Below are positions 1-9,003 of a DNA stretch of 25,467 nt, piece after piece. How positions within the stretch are numbered: the stretch's first letter is position 1; the number at the start of each line of letters is the position of its first letter. Where the stretch lies: IMG/VR virus record IMGVR_UViG_3300037309_000028, positions 1 to 25,467 of that record; one strand, given 5' to 3'. Source of the stretch: a virus. Taxonomy: Duplodnaviria > Caudoviricetes. The position numbers and the translations under genes were made by a program. Under the pieces are notes generated by a model. That model searched no databases. It was not told the DNA's origin and saw nothing but the letters and a program-made list of their open reading frames with translations.

Positions 1-9
1 CCTGAAATC

Positions 10-69
10 TCAATCCCTTTTCAGTCCTAAGTCAGTCCCTGAGAAAAAAGTCAGTCCCTAAGGACTGAC
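10..69. repeat. TCAGTCC direct repeats plus an 8-bp inverted repeat (iteron/operator-like)
   Basis: TCAGTCC at 21-27, 32-38 and 51-57; variant TCAATCC at 10-16; GTCAGTCC (50-57) / GGACTGAC (62-69) perfect inverted repeat; AT-richer context with an A6 tract. Confidence 0.75.
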
Positions 70-82
70 GGTCAAAGACAAG

Positions 83-940
83 ATGTGGGGTAGAGCAGTG
101 ACACGGCAACAAGATCGGCGATGGCCGGGACGGATCGAAAGAACGGCAGGGCCGCCCGGCCCGACCGTTCGCGCCAGGCCCGACCTGGTGGCCCGGGTTG
201 CACCGGCAGTGACGGTCGAACGGCGCGCGGCCGAGGCGGTCCGGGTCGAGGCGGCGCGGCCTGCCACGGTCGGACGCCCGCGCGGGGAAAGCGTGCCGGT
301 CGATCTGTGGGAGGGTGGCGCGCGGGTCACCCTGATCGGGCATGAGACCTTTGCCGCGCCGCTGCGCGCCATCGAGGGTTTGCCGCCCGACATCGTCCAG
401 ACCGGGGTCGCCTATGGCGCGATCATGGAACAGCTGGCCGGGTCGGCGCCCGGGGCGATGCAGGGGGCGTCGTCGGGCACCGGCGCCGGCTGCGAGGGTG
501 CGGTGGACCGGCGGATCAGGCTGGCCGAGATGGCGGCGCTGGCGCACCATGTTCTCGGCCGGATGGACGGCATGGCGCCGCAGCGGGTGCGGCGTGACGG
601 CAGGGTGGATCAGCGGGTACCGATCACGGCGCGCGAGCTGGTGGACATGGTCTGTGTCAGCGAGATGTCCCTGAGTGCCGTGCTGACGCGGCGCGGCTGG
701 TCCATGGTGCGGGACGGGCGGCAGATCGTGCCGAACCGGGCGCGCGAGACGGCGCTGCTGCTGCTGCTGCTCGCACTCCGCGAGGTGCAGATGGCCTGGG
801 GTGGCGGTGTCGTCTCGGGCCGGGGCGCCGGCATGGTGGCCGTCCGGCTGGGCGAGGGCGGCATCAGCGGCCAGCAGGTCGAGCGCGCGCTGGATGAGCG
901 CGGGGCGCTGGTCGATGTCGGTCGCAAGAAAGGGGCTTGA
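83..940 (+). CDS. Phage hypothetical protein, candidate late-gene regulator/antiterminator (Q position)
   Basis: 285-aa ORF (alternative start GTG 98); C-terminal helical ITARELVDMVCVSEMSLSAVLTRRGW segment is HTH-like; lies immediately before a promoter-hairpin unit and the packaging genes. Function is inferred from position. Confidence 0.6.
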   Translation: MWGRAVTRQQDRRWPGRIERTAGPPGPTVRARPDLVARVAPAVTVERRAAEAVRVEAARPATVGRPRGESVPVDLWEGGARVTLIGHETFAAPLRAIEGLPPDIVQTGVAYGAIMEQLAGSAPGAMQGASSGTGAGCEGAVDRRIRLAEMAALAHHVLGRMDGMAPQRVRRDGRVDQRVPITARELVDMVCVSEMSLSAVLTRRGWSMVRDGRQIVPNRARETALLLLLLALREVQMAWGGGVVSGRGAGMVAVRLGEGGISGQQVERALDERGALVDVGRKKGA

Positions 941-966
941 CGCTTAGGGGCAACGGACGGTACCTC
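937..966 (+). promoter_or_regulatory. Candidate sigma70-type late promoter
   Basis: TTGACG (937-942), 18-bp spacer, TACCTC (961-966), directly upstream of the late operon; the -10 element is weak. Confidence 0.5.
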
Positions 967-985
967 TATGTCATCGTCACAGAGT

Positions 986-1022
986 CGCGCCCGGAGGCCA
1001 ACCTGCCGGGCGCGCGGTGTTT
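986..1022 (+). terminator. GC-rich hairpin with an interrupted U-tract (tR'-like attenuator)
   Basis: CGCGCCCGG (986-994) pairs with CCGGGCGCG (1006-1014), with inner AGG/CCT pairing, followed by CGGTGTTT. Confidence 0.5.
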
Positions 1023-1034
1023 CAGGGATATGGC

Positions 1035-1412
1035 ATGGCAAGGCTGAAGGCGCTGCCCGGACGGGTGGCGCGGCTGCCATCACGCCTCGTCATGCAGAGC
1101 GGGGGACCGGCGCAGCGCGATCAGGTCCGGTCCGAGACGCAGCCGTGGCGCAAATGGTACAGCACCGCGAGGTGGCAGAAGCTGCGCTGGTCCGTGCTGG
1201 TCAGGGATGGCTTCACCTGTGCCATCTGCGGCGTGACAATCGACCAGCGCGGGGCGCTGGTCTGCGACCACATCGTGCCTCATCGCGGTGACGCGGACGC
1301 CTTCTGGGAGGGGCCGTTCCAGACGCTGTGCAAGGATTGCCACGACAGCGCGAAGCAGGCGCAGGAGCGGGCAGGCAGGCTCGGGGGGGGTGAAAAGTTG
1401 GGGAGGGGGTGA
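1035..1412 (+). CDS. HNH endonuclease, HK97 gp74-like terminase cofactor
   Basis: CAICG...VCDHIVPHRGD...FQTLCKDCHDSAKQ motifs; ATG 1035 preceded by AGGGA; immediately upstream of terS. Confidence 0.92.
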   Translation: MARLKALPGRVARLPSRLVMQSGGPAQRDQVRSETQPWRKWYSTARWQKLRWSVLVRDGFTCAICGVTIDQRGALVCDHIVPHRGDADAFWEGPFQTLCKDCHDSAKQAQERAGRLGGGEKLGRG

Positions 1413-1453
1413 TTTGCTAGACCCGCGTCCCCTCAATCGAGAGGTTTTTTTCC
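1370..1453. other. Probable cos (packaging initiation) region
   Basis: G8 run (1383-1390), GAAAAGTT, further G runs and T7 (1445-1451) at the HNH/terS junction, where HK97-like cos phages have their cohesive ends. The exact cut site cannot be determined. Confidence 0.5.
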
Positions 1454-1454
1454 G

Positions 1455-1934
1455 ATGGCCCGCGATTTCGATCTGCTTGGCGACCCTATTCCGGAAGGCA
1501 GGGGTTTGCAAGGCCGGACCGGCCATATCCCGACTTCCACAAATGCCAAGAAAATCAGGTTGTTGCTGATAGCGAAGTGGACGATTGACGCGATTGCGGA
1601 AGAAATCGGCATCTCGGCGCCGACGCTGCGCAAGCATTATTTTCGGAATGGCAAGATCAACCTCGGCCGCGCCCGCGAGATCGCGGTTCAGGAGGTCAGG
1701 GGCCGGACGCTGCTGCAGCTCGACAAGGCGGCCGAGGCCGGCAACGTTTCGGCGATCAAGGAAATCCGCCGCATCGCCGATGTCGCCGATGTCAGTGACC
1801 TGCCGAAGGCCATGACACCGGCGAAGGCACCGCGCCTCGGAAAGAAGGAAATGGCGGCGAAGGATGCACAGCAGCCCGACAGCCGCTGGCAGGACCTTCT
1901 GGCGCCGCACGACGCCCAGGACCTGCCGAACTGA
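1455..1934 (+). CDS. terS: Terminase small subunit
   Basis: 159 aa with an HTH (TIDAIAEEIGISAPTLRKHY); lies between HNH and terL. Confidence 0.8.
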   Translation: MARDFDLLGDPIPEGRGLQGRTGHIPTSTNAKKIRLLLIAKWTIDAIAEEIGISAPTLRKHYFRNGKINLGRAREIAVQEVRGRTLLQLDKAAEAGNVSAIKEIRRIADVADVSDLPKAMTPAKAPRLGKKEMAAKDAQQPDSRWQDLLAPHDAQDLPN

Positions 1935-1940
1935 TCCGCG

Positions 1941-3632
1941 ATGGCGTTCGACTTTGCCTGTCCGGACTGGTTCGAGCGCATCCAGGATGGGCGGTTGCCG
2001 ATTGCCGACCTGCCGCTGGATGAGCGCGCGGCCACGCGCGCAGTAGCGATCTACGACGCGCTGCGCCTGCCGGACGTGCCGGGGCAGCCGACCATGGCCG
2101 AGGCGGGCGGCGACTGGGTACGGGGGATCATCCGCGCGATCTTCGGATCGTCCGGGATGGACGGACAGAGGCAGGTCGGGGAAGTCCTGCTGCTGGTGCC
2201 GAAGAAGAATGCCAAGACGACCAATGGCGCCGCCATTGCCATCGTCTTCGCGCTGGTCTGCCAGCGCCGCCATGCCGACATGCTGCTGATCGGTCCGACG
2301 CAGAAGATCAGCGAGGTGGCTTTCGAGCAAGCCAAGGGAATCATCGAGGCCGATCCGTTCCTGGTGAAGCGCTTCCATGTTCAGGATCACCTCAAGACGA
2401 TCCGGGACCGGACGACGAAATCCCGGCTGATGATCCGGACCTTCGGGATGGACGTGCTGACGGGCTGCAAGCCGGTGCTGACGATCATCGACGAGCTGCA
2501 CATCCTCGGCAGCGTTGCCTATGCGGCCGACGTGATCCGCCAGATCAGGGGCGGCATGATGCCGTTCCCGGAGTCGCTGCTGCTGATGATCACGACGCAG
2601 TCGGATCACCCGCCGGCCGGTGTCTTCGCCAGCGAGCTGCAGTATGCGCGGGCGGTGCGGGATGGCCGGATCAGCGACGGCGCCCGGCTGCTGCCGGTGC
2701 TGTACGAGTTTCCGGAGGAGATGCAGACCGATCCGGCGCAGCCGTGGCGCGACCCGGCGCAGTGGCACCTGGTGACGCCGAACCTTGGCCGGTCGATCTC
2801 GATAGACCGGATGGTTTCCGGCCTGAACCGGGCAGAGGCCGACGGCGCGCAAGAGGTCATCGCATGGGCGACGCAGCACCTGAACGTCGAGGTCGGGCTG
2901 GCGCTGCACCACAATCGCTGGACCGGCGCCGACTTCTGGATGGCGGCCGGCGACGGGTCCATGGATCTGGAAAGGATCATGGAAACCTCGGACGTGGTCA
3001 CAATCGGGATCGACGGCGGTGGCCTTGACGACCTGCTGGGAATGGCGGTGATCGGTCGGCATGCCGGCACCAAGGTCTGGCAGGGCTGGACCCGCGCCTG
3101 GGCGCATCCGGTGGTCCTGAAAAAGCGCAAGGACATCGCCTCGCTGCTGACCGGATTTGCGGCGCAAGGCGACGTGGTGATCTGCGAGACGGCAACGCAG
3201 GATATCGAGGAGGTCGCCGCGATCTGCGCCCGGATGCTGCAGGCGGGACTGCTGCCGCGCGAGCATGCGGTCGGTCTCGATCCCTACGGCGTTGCCGCCC
3301 TGGTCGACGAGCTGGCGCTGCAGGGAATCGACGAGCCGCGCACCGTGGCTGTCGGCCAGGGCAGCCGGCTGTCACCGGCGGTCTGGGGGCTGGAGCGAAA
3401 GCTGCTGGACGGAACCTTCGTCCATTGCGGCCAACCGATGATGAACTGGGTGATGGGCAATGCCCGGGTCGAGCAGCGCGGCAACGCGGTGCTGATCACC
3501 AAGCAGGTGTCCGGCAAGGCCAAGATCGATCCGCTGGTCGCCCTGCTGAACGCGGCCATGCTGATGCAGAGAAATCCGGTTGCCGCGTCGCGGCGGTCCT
3601 ATCTGGAAGAACAGGCAATGGTGGTGCTGTGA
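1941..3632 (+). CDS. terL: Terminase large subunit
   Basis: Walker A VPKKNAKTT, Walker B TIIDELH, coupling motif ITTQS, nuclease IGIDGGGLDDL and C-terminal KIDPLVA. Confidence 0.96.
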   Translation: MAFDFACPDWFERIQDGRLPIADLPLDERAATRAVAIYDALRLPDVPGQPTMAEAGGDWVRGIIRAIFGSSGMDGQRQVGEVLLLVPKKNAKTTNGAAIAIVFALVCQRRHADMLLIGPTQKISEVAFEQAKGIIEADPFLVKRFHVQDHLKTIRDRTTKSRLMIRTFGMDVLTGCKPVLTIIDELHILGSVAYAADVIRQIRGGMMPFPESLLLMITTQSDHPPAGVFASELQYARAVRDGRISDGARLLPVLYEFPEEMQTDPAQPWRDPAQWHLVTPNLGRSISIDRMVSGLNRAEADGAQEVIAWATQHLNVEVGLALHHNRWTGADFWMAAGDGSMDLERIMETSDVVTIGIDGGGLDDLLGMAVIGRHAGTKVWQGWTRAWAHPVVLKKRKDIASLLTGFAAQGDVVICETATQDIEEVAAICARMLQAGLLPREHAVGLDPYGVAALVDELALQGIDEPRTVAVGQGSRLSPAVWGLERKLLDGTFVHCGQPMMNWVMGNARVEQRGNAVLITKQVSGKAKIDPLVALLNAAMLMQRNPVAASRRSYLEEQAMVVL

Positions 3633-4837
3633 GACTGCAGTTGCCGTGGTTCGGCCGGAAAAGCGCGCCGAAGACACGATCTTTCGACGAGATCGTCCGG
3701 CGGATCGATGGCGGCATCGGGGCCGGCAACATCTATGTCAGCAACGAGATGGCGCTGCGGGTGGCGACGGTCATGGCCTGCGCCAAGGTCATCTGCGACG
3801 GCGTCGCCACGCCCGAGCTGGGCGTCTTCCGCAAGCGAAAGGATGGCGGCAGCGAGGAGGCGCGGGACGAGCCGGTCTACCGGCTGCTGAACCGGCGGCC
3901 AAACGAGATGCAGACATCGTTCGAGTTCCGGCGCACGATGACCCTGCACGCCGTCCTGACCGGCAACGCGCTGGCGATCAAGGTCGAGGCAGGGGGCCGC
4001 CTGCGCGAACTGATCCCGGTGGCGCCGGGTCGGTACAGCATCGAGAAGATCAGCCGGTATGACACGATCTACCGGGTGAGCGACGAATTCGGCCTGGTCG
4101 GCAACTTCACGCGCGACCAGGTCTTTCACCTGCCGAACTGGAACTGGGACTGGCACAAGGGCCTCGACGCCGTCCAGATCGCGGCCTCGGCCATCGGCCT
4201 GGCGATCGCCGCCGAAAGCCATCAGGCCAGCCTGAGCGCCAATGGCGGCCGCCCCGCCGGCATCCTGTCCACGTCCGAGCCGCTGAGCCCGGATGTCATC
4301 GCCAACCTGAAGGAATCGTGGCGCGCGTTTTCCGAGGGAAACCGCTTCGGGACCGCCGTGCTGGACAAGGGCATGACCTACACGCAGATGTCGATGACCA
4401 GCGTCGATCAGCAGCACCTGGAGACACGCAGGTTCCAGGTCGAGGAAATCTGCCGGGCCTTCAACGTCTTTCCGATCATGGTCGGCCATTCGGAGAACAA
4501 CACCAGCTTCGCATCGAGCGAGGCGTTCTTCTCGGCACACGAGAAGCACACGCTGGCGCCCTGGCGGCAGCTGTGGAGCCAGCGGCTGGACGAGAGCGTC
4601 CTGGACGGAGCCGGCCCGCTGCATGTGCGGTTCGACAATCGCTACATGCTGGCCGGATCGGTGCGCGACCGCGCGCAATGGGCGCGGACCATGACCGAAA
4701 TGGGAATCATGACCCGGAACGAGATGCGCCAGCATGAGGGCCTCGACCCGCTGCCGGGGCTCGATGAACCGCTGACGCCGATGAACATGGATGCCGGAGA
4801 GACGCCGGAAGGAGAGGGCGATGACGAAGGCGCGTGA
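3629..4837 (+). CDS. HK97-family portal protein
   Basis: GTG 3629 overlaps the terL stop (GTGA); LLNRRPNEMQTSFEF, ETRRFQVEEICRAFNVFP and GIMTRNEMRQHEGLDPLPG motifs. Confidence 0.96.
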   Translation: MRLQLPWFGRKSAPKTRSFDEIVRRIDGGIGAGNIYVSNEMALRVATVMACAKVICDGVATPELGVFRKRKDGGSEEARDEPVYRLLNRRPNEMQTSFEFRRTMTLHAVLTGNALAIKVEAGGRLRELIPVAPGRYSIEKISRYDTIYRVSDEFGLVGNFTRDQVFHLPNWNWDWHKGLDAVQIAASAIGLAIAAESHQASLSANGGRPAGILSTSEPLSPDVIANLKESWRAFSEGNRFGTAVLDKGMTYTQMSMTSVDQQHLETRRFQVEEICRAFNVFPIMVGHSENNTSFASSEAFFSAHEKHTLAPWRQLWSQRLDESVLDGAGPLHVRFDNRYMLAGSVRDRAQWARTMTEMGIMTRNEMRQHEGLDPLPGLDEPLTPMNMDAGETPEGEGDDEGA

Positions 4838-5516
4838 GTGCAAGGCCGCCCGCGAAATCCGCGGCACACTGACCGTCCCGCTGGAGGTCCGGCTGGCAGG
4901 AACCGAGGGCGAGATCGAAGGCTACGGTTCGGTCTTCGGCGTTCGGGATTCCTATGACGACATCGTCGCACCGGGTGCGTTCGCGGCATCGCTGGCAAGC
5001 CACAGACAGGCCGGAACGCTGCCCGCCATGCTGTGGCAACATCGCGAGGACATGCCCATCGGCGTCTGGACCGCGATGGAGGAAGACAGGCTGGGCCTGA
5101 AGGTGCGCGGCACGATTGCCGCCGGCACCACGGCCGGCAAGGACGCGCTGGAAATCCTGCGCCTTGGCGGCCTGAACGGGCTGTCCATCGGTTTCAGGTC
5201 GATCAACTGGTCCTATGACGAGAAATCCGGGGTCCGCACACTGAGCGAGATCGAGCTGTGGGAGGTCAGCCTTGTGACCTTCCCGGCCAACAGCGCGGCC
5301 CGGATCACCACTGTCAGGTCTGCCGGCCAGATCGAGCGGATCGAGACACCGAAAGACGCCGAGCTGATCCTGCGCGAGGCAGGGATGAGCAAGGCAGAGG
5401 CCCGGGACTTCGTCTCGGGCGTCATGCGCCTGGGCAGCAAGCGTCGCGAGGACGAGCAAGCCTGCAGGCGGATCAGCGACGCGGCAACCCGCCTGCGTCT
5501 TGCCCTTCAATCCTGA
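4821..5516 (+). CDS. HK97-family prohead protease
   Basis: EGYGSVFG, MLWQH, GLSIGF and LWEVSLVTFPAN motifs; ATG 4821 preceded by GGAGAGG. Confidence 0.95.
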   Translation: MTKARECKAAREIRGTLTVPLEVRLAGTEGEIEGYGSVFGVRDSYDDIVAPGAFAASLASHRQAGTLPAMLWQHREDMPIGVWTAMEEDRLGLKVRGTIAAGTTAGKDALEILRLGGLNGLSIGFRSINWSYDEKSGVRTLSEIELWEVSLVTFPANSAARITTVRSAGQIERIETPKDAELILREAGMSKAEARDFVSGVMRLGSKRREDEQACRRISDAATRLRLALQS

Positions 5517-5530
5517 ACGGGAGACCCGTT

Positions 5531-6898
5531 ATGTTTCACGACCGCAATCATGCCGCCTTCAAGGCGCGCGTGGCCGCGCATGGCGCCTGGGAGCGCCGCG
5601 ATGCCGCACCCGACCTGAGCGCGCTGGCCGCAACGCTCGACAGCCTTGGTGCCGCCTTCGAGGCGTTCAAGGCGACGAACGATACACGGCTGGCCGAAAT
5701 CGCTGCCAAGGGCGCCGCCGATCCGGTGACCGAGACGAAGCTGAAGAAGATCGGCGACGAGATCGACCGGCTGTCGGACCTTCGCAAGCGCATCGAGTCG
5801 CTGGAGACGCGCGCGGCGCGGCCGGGCGGCGCGGGTGCGCGCGAGACGAGCACCACGCCGGAACAGGCCGAGTACCGCGACGCCTTCCTGTCGTGGATGC
5901 GCAGCCCGCTGGACGGCGTCCGGCACAACCGGCTGACCGCCGCGCGGACGGCGATCCAGTCGCGGGCAGCGGCCGGCGAGCGCGAGGCCCGCGCGGCGCA
6001 GGTTGTCACCACGACGGGATCGGCGGGCGGCTTCGCGCTGCCCGAGGAGATCGAGTCGCAGATCGCGCGCCTGATGCTGGACGTGAGCCCGATCCGGCAG
6101 ATCGCCACGGTGCGCATGGTCGGCACGCCGGACTACAAGGAACTGTTCGATGTGAACGGGGCCGCGTTCGAGTGGGTCGCGGAAGCCGGCACAAGGTCGC
6201 AGACCAACACGCCGGACCTTGCCGAGGTGGCGCCGACCTTCGGCACGGCATCCGCCCGGCCGAGGACCAGCGAGGAAGCGCTGGACGATCTGTTCTTCGA
6301 CGTCGAATCGTGGCTTGTCACGTCGATTGCCGAGGCACTGGCAGCCGGCGAGGGCACGGCGTTCGTCAGCGGCAACGGCACCAATCGCCCGACCGGCTTC
6401 CTGGCGGGCCCGACACCGGTGGCCACGGTGGATGCGTCGCGCGCCTTTGGCACGCTGCAGTACATCCCGTCCGGGCAGGCCTCGGCGCTGCCGACATCGC
6501 CCGATCCGCTGATCGACATGGTCTATTCGCTGCGCGCCAGGTACCGGCAGAATGCCACCTGGGTGGCCGCGAAGCTGGTGATGGGCGCGCTGCGGAAGTA
6601 CAAGGACAGCACGGGGCAGTACCTGTGGCAGCCGTCGCTGTCGGCGAACCAGCCCGAGACCTTCATGGGGTACCGGGTGGTCGAGGCGGAAGACATGCCG
6701 GCGGTGGCGGCGAACGCCTTCCCGCTGGCCTTCGGCGACTTCCGTGAAGGCTACCTGATTGCCGACCGCGTCGGCCTGCGGGTGACCCGCGACGAGATCA
6801 CCCTGCCGGGGTTCGTCCAGTGGTATGCCCGCCGCCGCGTCGGCGGCAAGCTGCGGAACACCCAGGCGATCAAGCTGCTGAAGTGCGCAACGTCGTGA
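5531..6898 (+). CDS. Major capsid protein, HK97 fold with N-terminal delta domain
   Basis: Coiled-coil N-terminus; GGFALPEE, EGTAFVSGNGTNRPTG, KDSTGQYLWQPSL, FGDFREGYLIADR and RRRVGG motifs; ATG 5531 after GGGAGA. Confidence 0.96.
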   Translation: MFHDRNHAAFKARVAAHGAWERRDAAPDLSALAATLDSLGAAFEAFKATNDTRLAEIAAKGAADPVTETKLKKIGDEIDRLSDLRKRIESLETRAARPGGAGARETSTTPEQAEYRDAFLSWMRSPLDGVRHNRLTAARTAIQSRAAAGEREARAAQVVTTTGSAGGFALPEEIESQIARLMLDVSPIRQIATVRMVGTPDYKELFDVNGAAFEWVAEAGTRSQTNTPDLAEVAPTFGTASARPRTSEEALDDLFFDVESWLVTSIAEALAAGEGTAFVSGNGTNRPTGFLAGPTPVATVDASRAFGTLQYIPSGQASALPTSPDPLIDMVYSLRARYRQNATWVAAKLVMGALRKYKDSTGQYLWQPSLSANQPETFMGYRVVEAEDMPAVAANAFPLAFGDFREGYLIADRVGLRVTRDEITLPGFVQWYARRRVGGKLRNTQAIKLLKCATS

Positions 6899-6934
6899 CC
6901 CGTCGCGGCCGTTGATCCGGCCGAGGCCAGAAGA

Positions 6935-6961
6935 CCCGGCCGTCCATCGGGGCCGGCCGGG
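6935..6961 (+). promoter_or_regulatory. GC hairpin downstream of the capsid gene (mRNA stability or pause element)
   Basis: CCCGGCCG (6935-6942) / CGGCCGGG (6954-6961); no U-tract follows. Confidence 0.4.
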
Positions 6962-6983
6962 CAACCCGATCAGGAGATCCACA

Positions 6984-7229
6984 ATGTATCGCTTTACCAA
7001 GCCCTTCTTCGGCGTGGCGCCGGGGGACGTCTATCCGCGCGAGTTCGGTATCGGCGAGACCTGCCCCGACGAGCTGGTGGAGGCGGCGACCGAATCCGAG
7101 GCCATCGAGGCCGTCGAAGCCATCGTGACCGGGGCCGACGACAAGCTGCCCGCCGACAAGCCGGACCCGTCCCTGCGTGACGGGGCGAAGTCGCGCGGCG
7201 GGGCGCCGGAGAACAAGGCGCAGTCGTGA
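6984..7229 (+). CDS. Small acidic hypothetical protein downstream of the capsid gene
   Basis: ATG 6984 with AGGAG (6972-6976); 81 aa ending APENKAQS; stop overlaps the next start (GTGA). Confidence 0.75.
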   Translation: MYRFTKPFFGVAPGDVYPREFGIGETCPDELVEAATESEAIEAVEAIVTGADDKLPADKPDPSLRDGAKSRGGAPENKAQS

Positions 7230-7768
7230 AGACAGTCCCGGTCCTGGTGACACCACCGGCGGCGCCGCTGGTGTCGCTGGCAGACATGAAACAGCACCTG
7301 CGCGTCACACATGACGAGGAGGACATGCTGATCCAGGGCCTGACTGATGCCGCGATGGCCTATCTCGATGGCTGGTCCGGCGTTCTGGGTCGGACAATCC
7401 AAAGCCAGGAGTGGCAGCAGGAATTTGACGGCTGGGGCCGGCTGTGCCTGGCACTGCCGGACGTGACCGGCTTTGCCCTGACCGCCTATGACGAGGGCGA
7501 CGTGACGGTGCTGCCCGACGAAGCGACGCTGTCGGAAACCTCTGCCGGTGCCTGGATCGATTGCAGTGGCACGGCCACCGTCACCCGCGTGGTGGTGGCC
7601 TATACGGCGGCGATGCCGGCCCAGCTGCTGCCGGTGGCAGAACAGGCGGTCAAGCTGATCGTCGGCCACTGGTACCGCAACCGCGAGGCGGTGTCCGGCG
7701 ACGGTGCGACATCGATCCCGCTTAGCGCGCAGGCGCTGATCGGCGCCATGTCGCGGGTCAGGCCATGA
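7226..7768 (+). CDS. Head-tail connector (HK97 gp6 / SPP1 gp15-like)
   Basis: PLVSLADMKQHLRV...EDMLIQGL and AVKLIVGHWYRNREAV motifs. Confidence 0.93.
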   Translation: MKTVPVLVTPPAAPLVSLADMKQHLRVTHDEEDMLIQGLTDAAMAYLDGWSGVLGRTIQSQEWQQEFDGWGRLCLALPDVTGFALTAYDEGDVTVLPDEATLSETSAGAWIDCSGTATVTRVVVAYTAAMPAQLLPVAEQAVKLIVGHWYRNREAVSGDGATSIPLSAQALIGAMSRVRP

Positions 7769-8103
7769 CCGCCGGCGCCAAGACGTACCTGATGGCGTTT
7801 GACCGCCGTGTCGCGGCATCGGACGGCGCCGGCAACGAACTGGGGGGCTGGGCCGAGCAGTTCAGGGCATGGGTGGCGATCCGGTTCCTGCGCGGCGGCG
7901 AAGCTGTCCAGGCAGCGCGTCTTGAAGGCGAGCAGCCGGCCATCCTGACAGTCTGGGCCAGCGCGCAGACCAAGCTGGTCGGGCATGCGTGGCGCGCGCG
8001 CGAAGTGGTGTCGGGGCGCTCGTGGAACGTCAAGAGCGCGGCGCTGACCGACAGCCGGAGCGAGATCGAGATGGTTGCCATGGCCGGGGTCGCGGATGGC
8101 TAG
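7765..8103 (+). CDS. Head closure/stopper protein (SPP1 gp16-like)
   Basis: DGAGNELGGW, LRGGEAVQAARLEGEQPAILTV and WNVKS motifs; position after the connector. Confidence 0.88.
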   Translation: MTAGAKTYLMAFDRRVAASDGAGNELGGWAEQFRAWVAIRFLRGGEAVQAARLEGEQPAILTVWASAQTKLVGHAWRAREVVSGRSWNVKSAALTDSRSEIEMVAMAGVADG

Positions 8104-8485
8104 TCCGGCCGAGGAGTTGCAGCGGGCGATCCATGCGCTGCTGACGCCGCTGCTGGCGCCGGTGAAGCTGTACGACCGGGTGCCCGAGGATGCGGTCAAG
8201 CCGTACCTGTCGTTCGGTCCCGAGGACATGGTGCCGGCCGATGCCGAATGTGCCGACCTGCTGGAAATCACGATCCAGATCGATGTCTGGACCGACAGTG
8301 TCGGGCGGGTGACCTGCAAGACGCTGATGGAAACGGTCCGGCGGGCGCTGCACGACGCCGACCTGGCGCTGGCGACCCATGCGCTGGCCGACAGCCGGAT
8401 GGAACTGGCGCGGCTGGTGAAGGACCCGGACGGGCTGACCCATCACGGGGTGCTGCAATTCCGTTTCGATGTCGAGGCGCTGTGA
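8096..8485 (+). CDS. Tail completion/terminator protein (DUF3168-like)
   Basis: LQRAIHALL, YDRVPEDAVKPYLSFG, IDVW and DPDGLTHHGVLQF motifs; ATG 8096. Confidence 0.88.
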   Translation: MASPAEELQRAIHALLTPLLAPVKLYDRVPEDAVKPYLSFGPEDMVPADAECADLLEITIQIDVWTDSVGRVTCKTLMETVRRALHDADLALATHALADSRMELARLVKDPDGLTHHGVLQFRFDVEAL

Positions 8486-9003
8486 AGGCGAAGATCGAGG
8501 GCCTTGCGGCGCTGGAGCGCCGGTTCAAGGCGATCCCGGAGCGCGCGCGGGCCGCGCTGGCGCAGACCATGGAAGCGTCCGCGCAGCAGGTCGTGGACAT
8601 GGCCAAGCGGCTTGTCGAGGTGAAATCGGGCGACCTGAAGAACAGCATCGGCTGGACATGGGGCGACGCGCCGAAGGGCGCCATGGTCATCGGAACGGTC
8701 AAGGCCCGGGGATCCATCAATATCAAGTCCTACGGCACGATGCGGATCACGATCTACGCCGGGTCGCAGCAGGTCTTCTACGCACGGTTCGTAGAATATG
8801 GCACCCGCCCGCACAGCCTGAGCGAAGGGGCCGCACTGCCCCGCGAAGGGCGGCGGGGCAAGCTGCAGGGCACCGGCCCCCAGCACCCGGGGGCGACGGC
8901 GCGGCCGTTCTTCTTTCCGGCGTACCGCGCGAACCGGAAGTCGGTGAAGGCGAAGATGAGCGCGGCCTTCCGCAAGGCGATCCGGGCGGATGCCACGTCC
9001 TAG
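8482..9003 (+). CDS. HK97 gp10-family tail-completion/morphogenesis protein
   Basis: GTG 8482 overlaps the upstream stop; VKSGDLKNSIGW, FYARFVEYGT and ARPFFFPAYR motifs. Confidence 0.9.
   Translation: MKAKIEGLAALERRFKAIPERARAALAQTMEASAQQVVDMAKRLVEVKSGDLKNSIGWTWGDAPKGAMVIGTVKARGSINIKSYGTMRITIYAGSQQVFYARFVEYGTRPHSLSEGAALPREGRRGKLQGTGPQHPGATARPFFFPAYRANRKSVKAKMSAAFRKAIRADATS

Noticed and set aside
754-771. (CTG)5 trinucleotide run
   Set aside because: It encodes an in-frame Leu run using the preferred codon; there is no evidence for phase variation.
2196-2222. Walker A variant PKKNAKTT in terL as a sign of inactivation
   Set aside because: A small-residue substitution at this position is compatible with this terminase group; the Lys-Thr, Walker B and nuclease residues are intact.
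5258-5530. N-terminal extension of the capsid ORF, or protease-capsid fusion by frameshift
   Set aside because: The open frame overlaps the protease gene, but there is a good SD/ATG at 5531 and no evident slippery site. Similar false extensions in the ORF track affect the portal, gp10, chaperone and hub genes.
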